This document shows, one piece after another, positions 8,162 through 13,817 of a stretch of 13,817 bases of DNA. The DNA lies in the IMG/VR virus record IMGVR_UViG_2531839482_000006; one strand, written 5' to 3'. The notes beneath the pieces are model-generated. The model was not told where the DNA came from, ran no database searches, and was given only the letters and a program-made list of their open reading frames with translations. A program made the position numbers and the translations under genes. Every line of letters starts with the position of its first letter. The stretch's first letter is position 1. This DNA comes from a virus (Duplodnaviria; Heunggongvirae; Uroviricota; Caudoviricetes).

Positions 8162-8259
8162 TCAGGCAGCCTTGTAGTTCTGTTTACCAAGTTCTCTGGC
8201 AATCATTGTCGTCGTTCGTATTGTCTACACCATTGATTCTTATCAATAGTCGTAGTCAT
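8162..8259 (-). pseudogene. ral: ral (restriction alleviation) remnant with an internal out-of-frame deletion
   Basis: From the ATG at 8259 the frame reads MTTTIDKNQWC (lambda Ral N-terminus) then RQYERRQ-stop; a second frame reads RTTTMIARELGKQNYKAA-stop (lambda Ral C-terminus); the middle ~37 codons are missing. Confidence 0.7.
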
Positions 8260-8329
8260 ACGGATAGTCCTGGTATTGTTCCATCACATCCTGAGGATGA
8301 TCTTCGAACTCTTCAAATTCTTCTTCCAT
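8243..8329 (-). CDS. Lambda orf28-like acidic peptide (28 aa)
   Basis: Hand translation MEEEFEEFEDHPQDVMEQYQDYPYDYDY with GAGGTGA RBS; overlaps the ral start as in lambda. Confidence 0.55.
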   Translation of the reverse strand: MEEEFEEFEDHPQDVMEQYQDYPYDYDY

Positions 8330-8387
8330 ATCTCACCTCAAATAAGTGGTTTGCTGCCTAATTTCATTTTCTGGCGACCAACACAAG

Positions 8388-8660
8388 TCATCTTGCTGTC
8401 AGTTGTTTGGATTTCCGGTAGCCTGCCGCGTAAAGAGCTACGTTTGGAAGACAAGTTGAGCCTTCATATTTTCTGGTCAGCGTTGTCAGTGTTATTACTT
8501 CTGCTCTCATTGCTGGTTTGCGCTTGCATTGCAAGACCACTCGTGAAGGGGTTGGCCTGTGTAGCTTGTCGGAGCTGATCGCCTTCTGACTTTGCAGATT
8601 TGCGCGACGAGCTCTACGGCGAGAAGCTGCGGTGCCTTTAAATTCTGTTTTTCTGGACAT
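8388..8660 (-). CDS. N: N-type transcription antiterminator, not lambda N; 933W/P22 gp24-like C-terminus
   Basis: 90-aa protein from the Met at 8660 (GGGAGG RBS 6 nt upstream); arginine-rich motif GTAASRRRARRANLQSQK near the N-terminus; C-terminus ...CLPNVALYAAGYRKSKQLTAR resembles the Stx-phage/P22 antiterminator ends as I remember them; cognate nutL upstream. Confidence 0.75.
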   Translation of the reverse strand: MSRKTEFKGTAASRRRARRANLQSQKAISSDKLHRPTPSRVVLQCKRKPAMRAEVITLTTLTRKYEGSTCLPNVALYAAGYRKSKQLTAR

Positions 8661-8758
8661 AGATTCCTCCCGAATAAACTTTGGCGATGCAATCTCGAAG
8701 CTCCTCCTGAGACGGTTGCTTCGGCATTGCATCCCACAGCTCATGTGGTTGGGTGATC

Positions 8759-8806
8759 TGGCTTTTCAGCCACGTAGTCGAGAGTTCGACGTTGTTTAAA
8801 GAGCCT
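8759..8806 (-). promoter_or_regulatory. nutL: boxA-like GGCTCTTTAAACAA and boxB-like hairpin TGGCTGAAAAGCCA (minus-strand sense)
   Basis: boxA-like at 8793-8806 and boxB stem-loop at 8759-8772 in the N leader, in the correct 5'-boxA-boxB-3' order for leftward transcription; same GAAAA loop as the nutR candidate. Confidence 0.55.
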
Positions 8807-8850
8807 GCCAGTCTGTTCCGTTTGGCTTCCAGCGTCCTGCTGACGGTTAA

Positions 8851-8879
8851 ATAGTACGATATGTACTTTATTTGGTCAA
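8851..8879 (-). promoter_or_regulatory. pL-like promoter with overlapping operator dyad (oL)
   Basis: Minus-strand TTGACC (-35), 17-nt spacer, TACTAT (-10); the spacer contains the dyad AGTACGATATGTACT (8853-8867). Confidence 0.5.
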
Positions 8880-9064
8880 TACGATTTGTTCTAAAATGGG
8901 GTGATTTTTTATAACACTTTGTATTTAATAGTGTTGTTTTTTAGCGTGGGTGTATCGCCTCGGCGATGTAAGGAGAGATCAGAATTGCGTGGTTTAGTGA
9001 GTTGTATCTATTTATTTTTCAATAAATACATTTGGTTATGTGTCTTTAGGTGGGGGCGTGAGGC

Positions 9065-9090
9065 AAAGAAAACCCGGCGCTGAGGCCGGG
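9065..9090. terminator. Bidirectional intrinsic terminator at the end of the cI operon (lambda tImm-like)
   Basis: cccggc-gctgag-gccggg hairpin (9073-9090) flanked by aaagaaaa on one side and tttt on the other; lies directly after the last gene of the cI operon. Confidence 0.7.
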
Positions 9091-9092
9091 TT

Positions 9093-9377
9093 TTAGCTAA
9101 TGATTTGGAATCCTATATCCTCAAGCGTTGCGTCACCTCTGCATAACGCATGAAAGTGACGAGCTTTCAGTCCAGCTTGCTTAGCCATGGATTTTATTAA
9201 ATCTCTGGAGAATGGGGCGTGATGCTTATCAACTGTAACCACCCATTTTCCTTTACTGTTCTTGAGAACCCACTGTTCGTGAGAGGTTCCTGTTTTAGGT
9301 TTCATTTCAAACCCCATTTTCTTAAGTCCCCTGATTACCTCGTCGTATTTCAAAGGAGTAAGCTTTTTCAAGAACAT
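9093..9377 (-). CDS. HicA-family (YcfA-like) putative mRNA-interferase toxin with a ~30-aa C-terminal extension
   Basis: 94-aa ORF; HicA-like motifs read by eye: GF...TGTSHEQW...KWVVTVDKHH...LIKSMAKQAGL; start 11 nt after the stop of the upstream partner gene; followed directly by the terminator. Confidence 0.6.
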   Translation of the reverse strand: MFLKKLTPLKYDEVIRGLKKMGFEMKPKTGTSHEQWVLKNSKGKWVVTVDKHHAPFSRDLIKSMAKQAGLKARHFHALCRGDATLEDIGFQIIS

Positions 9378-9388
9378 GTAATGTAACC

Positions 9389-9685
9389 CTAAGCATGAGC
9401 ATCACAAGGCTCAGCAAAGAGTTTTGCTTCACCTCGTTTTCTGACAAAAACCTGAAATGCAATTACCCAATACTTAAGCCACATAGATAAAGGTGCTTTC
9501 CGACTTAGTAGTTGTTTTGCATATTCCGGCTCTGATAGCGCTTCAGTGAAAAAATCTTTAATCTGCTCATCCAGTTTGTTTACAGCTTCTTTCATAGTAT
9601 CTGCTTGCGCTGCCAATGACAGGTCTAAACATGCAGCTACGTAAACGCCGTTCTGCTGGTAGGCCATGCAACGTAAGGTTTTCAT
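9389..9685 (-). CDS. HicB-like (UPF0150-fold) putative antitoxin, no recognisable C-terminal DNA-binding domain
   Basis: 98-aa ORF with GAGGAG RBS 7 nt upstream; N-terminal region GVYVAACLDLSLAAQADTMKEAVNKLDEQIKDF resembles the HicB N-domain pattern; tightly coupled to the HicA-like gene. Confidence 0.5.
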   Translation of the reverse strand: MKTLRCMAYQQNGVYVAACLDLSLAAQADTMKEAVNKLDEQIKDFFTEALSEPEYAKQLLSRKAPLSMWLKYWVIAFQVFVRKRGEAKLFAEPCDAHA

Positions 9686-9857
9686 TTTATCTCTCCTCAG
9701 AAGCTCTCATGTAGGAGCTTAAGTGAAGTTTACCCTATAGGTAATTTTAGACAACCCCAAAATACCTATATTTTGTAAATGTCAATACATTAGCAGCGAA
9801 TACCTTCCAACTTATCCACAAGCCAGAGATTGATAGCTTAAAAAACAAACAGAGAAA

Positions 9858-10511
9858 TTACCCAAACGTCTCTTCTGGCCACTGGCTGGCGATAACTTTC
9901 CCCACAACGGAACAACTCTCATTGCATGGGATCATTGGATATTGCGGGTTTAGTGGCTGTAGAAACACCTGACCGCTATCCCTGATCAGTTTCTTGAAGG
10001 TAAACTCATCACCACCAAGTCTGGCTATGCAGAAATCACCTGGCTCAACAGCCTGCTCAGGGTCAACCAGAATTAACATCCCGTCAGGAAAACTAGGTTT
10101 GGAACCTGTTGGGGCGGTCATCGAGTTACCTTCAACCTCAAGCCAGAATGCAGAGTCACTGGCTTTTTTGGTTGTGCTTACCAATCTCTCCGCATCGCCT
10201 TTGGTAAAGGTTCTGAGTTCTGGAGAGAACATCCCAGCCTGAACATGAGAAAAAACAGGGTACTCATATTGTTTTTTAACTGGGGCCGATGAGTATTCGC
10301 CAACAGGTGAAAATGTCCCGTCGTGGTTGAATGATATGTTATCAATACCAAGGTATTTAAACACCACACCAATATCACTAAGAGATGGATGACGAGATCC
10401 GCGCAACCAGTGTCCAATTCCACCCTGCGTCATACCTAGCTCTTCGGCTAACTTCTCTTGAGTTATGCCGAGCTCTTTCATTCTGGATCTAGCCAGTTCA
10501 TACCATTTCAT
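9858..10511 (-). CDS. cI: CI-type repressor: non-lambda N-terminal HTH domain fused to a lambda-like C-terminal LexA/S24 autocleavage domain
   Basis: C-terminal ~135 aa match lambda CI ([28 protein letters not shown]...GNSMTAPTG...[46 protein letters not shown]) including the Ala-Gly cleavage site; N-terminal ~80 aa ([38 protein letters not shown]...) is unrelated. Start chosen at the Met at 10511 (AAGGA 7 nt upstream); the maximal ORF extends to 10559. Confidence 0.85.
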   Translation of the reverse strand: MKWYELARSRMKELGITQEKLAEELGMTQGGIGHWLRGSRHPSLSDIGVVFKYLGIDNISFNHDGTFSPVGEYSSAPVKKQYEYPVFSHVQAGMFSPELRTFTKGDAERLVSTTKKASDSAFWLEVEGNSMTAPTGSKPSFPDGMLILVDPEQAVEPGDFCIARLGGDEFTFKKLIRDSGQVFLQPLNPQYPMIPCNESCSVVGKVIASQWPEETFG

Positions 10512-10551
10512 TTTCATGTCCTTATTATTACGCTCTGTATTGCAACCATCC

Positions 10552-10601
10552 ATGCACAATGTGTATTTTTGCTTGCACTAAAAAAGTACATATTGTATTT
10601 T
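10552..10601. promoter_or_regulatory. oR / pR / pRM region: operator-like dyads and a plausible pR
   Basis: Near-palindromes ATGCACAATGTGTAT (10552-10566) and GTACATATTGTA (10586-10597), resembling the oL dyad; pR candidate TTGCAC (10573-10578), 17 nt, TATTTT (10596-10601) upstream of cro. Confidence 0.45.
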
Positions 10602-10628
10602 TTTCTTCATGGTTACTATGGAGGGCAT

Positions 10629-10844
10629 ATGAGCAACCTACGAAAATATCGAGAGTCACTGAATATCTCTCAAACAACACTTGCTAAGGCAGTTGGATGC
10701 ACACAGGGAGCTATCGGACATTGGGAATCTGGTCGTCGCTTCCCAGACCTTAAAACATGCCGTGCTCTTGTTGCGTGTCTAAACAAGTTAGGCGCAAAAG
10801 TAAGTCTTGATGACGTGTTCCCGCCGGAGCACAAAGCCGCTTAA
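10629..10844 (+). CDS. cro: Cro-type repressor (HTH), non-lambda specificity
   Basis: 71-aa protein from the ATG at 10629 (GGAGGG upstream); HTH QTTLAKAVGCTQGAIGHWESG; divergent from cI across the operator region. The upstream in-frame extension in the track has no support. Confidence 0.75.
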   Translation: MSNLRKYRESLNISQTTLAKAVGCTQGAIGHWESGRRFPDLKTCRALVACLNKLGAKVSLDDVFPPEHKAA

Positions 10845-10854
10845 TAAGCGGAGC

Positions 10855-10900
10855 CGCTCTTTGTAACAACGGACATTCGTCCTACGTCGCTGAAAAGCGA
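10855..10900 (+). promoter_or_regulatory. nutR: boxA-like CGCTCTTTGTAACAA and boxB-like hairpin TCGCTGAAAAGCGA
   Basis: boxA-like motif right after the cro stop, and a stem-loop with a GAAAA loop at 10887-10900, mirroring the nutL candidate. Confidence 0.5.
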
Positions 10901-10985
10901 GCCCCAAGATATCTGACCAACTAAGGCCATATGCGTTTCCACGCATACCTTTCAACTAACTATTCACTATTGGAAATCTTAAGAA

Positions 10986-11282
10986 ATGGAACAAACAAAT
11001 TACAGCAAACTATCACAGCGCGACGTTGATCGCGCAGAAACAGATTTACTTATCAACCTGTCAACGCTTACTCAGCGCGGTCTGGCAAAGATGATTGGCT
11101 GTCATGAATCGAAGATAAGCAGAACAGACTGGAGGTTTATAGCTTCGGTCTTGTGTGCTTTTGGCATGGCATCAGACCTCAGTCCGATTAGCAGAGCTTT
11201 TAAGTATGCGCTTGATGAAATCACCAATAAAAAACGCCCGGCGGCAACCGAGCGTTCTGAACAAATCCAGATGGAGTTCTGA
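10986..11282 (+). CDS. cII: CII-type transcriptional activator: hybrid with a non-lambda N-terminal part and lambda-identical C-terminus
   Basis: 98-aa ORF; C-terminal ...TNKKRPAATERSEQIQMEF equals the lambda CII end; HTH LTQRGLAKMIGCHESKISR; the N-terminal ~75 aa differ from lambda. Confidence 0.8.
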   Translation: MEQTNYSKLSQRDVDRAETDLLINLSTLTQRGLAKMIGCHESKISRTDWRFIASVLCAFGMASDLSPISRAFKYALDEITNKKRPAATERSEQIQMEF

Positions 11283-11304
11283 GGTCATTACTGGATCTAT
11301 CAAC
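11226..11304 (-). ncRNA. oop: OOP antisense RNA (lambda oop) with its pO promoter just upstream
   Basis: Minus-strand sequence GTTGATAGATCCAGTAATGACCTCAGAACTCCATCTGGATTTGTTCAGAACGCTCGGTTGCCGCCGGGCGTTTTTTATT, ending in a GC hairpin plus U tract that overlaps the cII 3' end; pO-like TTGAGT, 17 nt, CATAAT on the minus strand at about 11312-11340. Confidence 0.65.
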
Positions 11305-11314
11305 AGGAGTCATT

Positions 11315-12214
11315 ATGACAAACACAGCAAAAATACTCAACTTCGGCAGAGGTAACTTTGCCGGACAGGAGCGTAATGTGGCAGATCTCGATGATGGTTA
11401 CGCCAGACTATCAAATATGCTGCTTGAGGCTTATTCGGGCGCAGATCTGACCAAGCGACAGTTTAAAGTGCTGCTTGCCATTCTGCGTAAAACCTATGGG
11501 TGGAATAAACCAATGGACAGAATCACCGATTCTCAACTTAGCGAGATTACAAAGTTACCCGTCAAACGGTGCAATGAAGCCAAGTTAGAACTCGTCAGAA
11601 TGAATATTATCAAGCAGCAAGGCGGCATGTTTGGACCAAATAAAAACATCTCAGAATGGTGTATCCCTCAAAACGAGGGAAAATCCCCTAAAACGAGGGA
11701 TAAAACATCCCTCAAATTGGGGGATTGCTATCCCTCAAAACAGGGGGACACAAAAGACACTATTACAAAAGAAAAAAGAAAAGATTATTCGTCAGAGAAT
11801 TCTGGCGAATCCTCTGACCAGCCAGAAAACGACCTTTCTGTGGTGAAACCGGATGCTGCAATTCAGAGCGGCAGCAAGTGGGGGACAGCAGAAGACCTGA
11901 CCGCCGCAGAGTGGATGTTTGACATGGTGAAGACTATCGCACCATCAGCCAGAAAACCGAATTTTGCTGGGTGGGCTAACGATATCCGCCTGATGCGTGA
12001 ACGTGACGGACGTAACCATCGCGACATGTGTGTACTGTTCCGCTGGGCATGCCAGGACAACTTCTGGTCCGGTAACGTGCTTAGCCCGGCCAAACTCCGC
12101 GACAAGTGGACCCAGCTCGAAATCAACCGTAACAAGCAACAGGCAGTCGTGACAGCCAGCAAACCAAAACTCGACCTGACAAACACAGACTGGATTTACG
12201 GGGTGGATCTATGA
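11315..12214 (+). CDS. O: Lambda O replication initiator
   Basis: 299-aa ORF recognised as lambda O; contains the ori iterons internally. Confidence 0.95.
   Translation: MTNTAKILNFGRGNFAGQERNVADLDDGYARLSNMLLEAYSGADLTKRQFKVLLAILRKTYGWNKPMDRITDSQLSEITKLPVKRCNEAKLELVRMNIIKQQGGMFGPNKNISEWCIPQNEGKSPKTRDKTSLKLGDCYPSKQGDTKDTITKEKRKDYSSENSGESSDQPENDLSVVKPDAAIQSGSKWGTAEDLTAAEWMFDMVKTIAPSARKPNFAGWANDIRLMRERDGRNHRDMCVLFRWACQDNFWSGNVLSPAKLRDKWTQLEINRNKQQAVVTASKPKLDLTNTDWIYGVDL
11663..11790 (+). repeat. ori-lambda: four ~18-bp iterons followed by an AT-rich unwinding region, inside O
   Basis: atccctcaaaacgaggga, tcccctaaaacgaggga, tccctcaaattggggga, tccctcaaaacaggggga in tandem, then caaaagacactattacaaaagaaaaaagaaaagattatt. 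Confidence 0.85.
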
Positions 12215-12912
12215 AAAACATCGCCGCACAGATGGTTAACTTTGACCGTGAGCAGATGCGTCGGATCGCCAACAACATGCCGGAACAGTACGACGAAAAG
12301 CCGCAGGTACAGCAGGTAGCGCAGATCATCAACGGTGTGTTCAGCCAGTTACTGGCAACTTTCCCGGCGAGTCTGGCTAACCGTGACCAGAACGAACTGA
12401 ACGAAATCCGTCGCCAGTGGGTTCTGGCTTTTCGGGAAAACGGGATCACCACGATGGAACAGGTTAACGCAGGAATGCGCGTAGCCCGTCGGCAGAATCG
12501 ACCATTTCTGCCATCACCCGGGCAGTTTGTTGCATGGTGCCGGGAAGAAGCATCCGTTATCGCCGGACTGCCAAACGTCAGCGAGCTGGTTGATATGGTT
12601 TACGAGTATTGCCGGAAGCGAGGCCTGTATCCGGATGCGGAGTCTTATCCGTGGAAATCAAACGCGCACTACTGGCTGGGTACCAACCTGTATCAGAACA
12701 TGCGGGCCAATGCGCTTACTGATGCGGAATTACGGCGCAAGGCTGCCGATGAACTGACCTGTATGACAGCGCGAATTAACCGTGGTGAGACGATACCTGA
12801 ACCAGTAAAACAACTTCCTGTTATGGGCGGTAGACCTCTAAATCGTGCACAGGCTCTGGCGAAGATCGCAGAAATTAAAGCTAAGTTCGGACTGAAAGGA
12901 GCAAGTGTATGA
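12211..12912 (+). CDS. P: Lambda P replication protein (DnaB helicase loader)
   Basis: 233-aa ORF recognised as lambda P; start overlaps the O stop. Confidence 0.95.
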   Translation: MKNIAAQMVNFDREQMRRIANNMPEQYDEKPQVQQVAQIINGVFSQLLATFPASLANRDQNELNEIRRQWVLAFRENGITTMEQVNAGMRVARRQNRPFLPSPGQFVAWCREEASVIAGLPNVSELVDMVYEYCRKRGLYPDAESYPWKSNAHYWLGTNLYQNMRANALTDAELRRKAADELTCMTARINRGETIPEPVKQLPVMGGRPLNRAQALAKIAEIKAKFGLKGASV

Positions 12913-13199
12913 AGGGCAAAGAGGCAATTATTCATTACCTGGGGACGCATAATAGCTTCTGTGCGCCGGACGTTGCCGCGCTAACAGGCGCAACAGTAAC
13001 CAGCATAAATCAGGCCGCGGCTAAAATGGCACGGGCAGGTCTTCTGGTTATCGAAGGTAAGGTCTGGCGAACGGTGTATTACCGGTTTGCTACCAGGGAA
13101 GAACGGGAAGGAAAGATGAGCACGAACCTGATTTTTAAGGAGTGTCGCCAGAGTGCCGCGATGAAACGGGTATTGGCGGTATATGGAGTTAAAAGATGA
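12909..13199 (+). CDS. ren: Lambda Ren (protection against Rex exclusion)
   Basis: 96-aa ORF MKGKEAIIHYLGTHNSFCAPDVAALTGATVTSINQAAAKMARAGLLVIEGK... recognised as lambda Ren. Confidence 0.85.
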   Translation: MKGKEAIIHYLGTHNSFCAPDVAALTGATVTSINQAAAKMARAGLLVIEGKVWRTVYYRFATREEREGKMSTNLIFKECRQSAAMKRVLAVYGVKR

Positions 13200-13272
13200 C
13201 CATCTACATTACTGAGCTAATAACAGGCCTGCTGGTAATCGCAGGCCTTTTTATTTGGGGGAGAGGGAAGTC

Positions 13273-13817
<545 letters not shown>

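Noticed and set aside
8276-8744. ORFs 8276..8578(+), 8507..8737(-) and the 28-codon N-terminal extension of the N ORF (8661..8744)
   Set aside because: The N start at 8660 has a strong GGGAGG RBS and places the arginine-rich motif at the N-terminus; the extension would run through the nutL leader; the others are alternative frames of the N gene.
8901-9083. Plus-strand 60-aa ORF between oL and the tImm-like terminator
   Set aside because: It lies in a linker that appears conserved with lambda non-coding sequence, has no RBS, a low-complexity translation, and runs into the terminator hairpin.
9994-10423. ORFs 9994..10242(+) and 10178..10423(-) inside cI
   Set aside because: Alternative frame or antisense to a well-supported repressor gene.
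10458-10628. Upstream in-frame extension of cro (track ORF 10458..10844)
   Set aside because: The extension spans the divergent operator/promoter region and overlaps the cI start; the internal ATG at 10629 has a GGAGG RBS and gives a typical 71-aa Cro.
11663-11748. Tandem iterons considered as a possible CRISPR-like or other repeat array
   Set aside because: Four 17-18 bp direct repeats with no spacers, inside the O gene at the position of ori-lambda; they are replication-origin iterons.
11155-12950. Small ORFs within or antisense to O and P (11155..11355, 11631..11846, 11863..12186, 11945..12139, 12123..12452, 12527..12757, 12693..12950)
   Set aside because: They overlap recognised replication genes; 11631..11846 is simply the iteron and AT-rich ori region read in another frame.

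Overview
This window is the left end of a lambda-type prophage integrated at the E. coli lambda attachment site next to ybhC, running from attL through the early-left operon, immunity region and replication genes to an IS insertion in ninB. All calls rest on reading the sequence and the ORF track against remembered lambda, P22 and 933W proteins; no search was run. The backbone is lambda-like (int, xis, orf55-orf60a block, exo, bet, gam, kil, cIII, ea10, orf28, O with ori iterons, P, ren). Four places depart from it and are the main candidates for a second look: (1) a HicB/HicA-like two-gene cassette downstream of cI in the slot where lambda carries rexA-rexB; (2) a 521-bp single-gene cassette for a 149-aa two-helix membrane protein inserted between ea10 and ral, flanked by a 14-bp direct repeat, with ral reduced to a frameshifted remnant beside it; (3) an AT-rich replacement of the ea8.5/ea22 segment that carries an opposite-strand 200-aa multi-pass membrane protein with its own terminator; (4) a heterologous, mosaic immunity region (933W/P22-type N, hybrid cI and cII, non-lambda operators, no sieB). 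An IS21-family element truncates ninB at the right edge. No rRNA, tRNA or CRISPR array was found.
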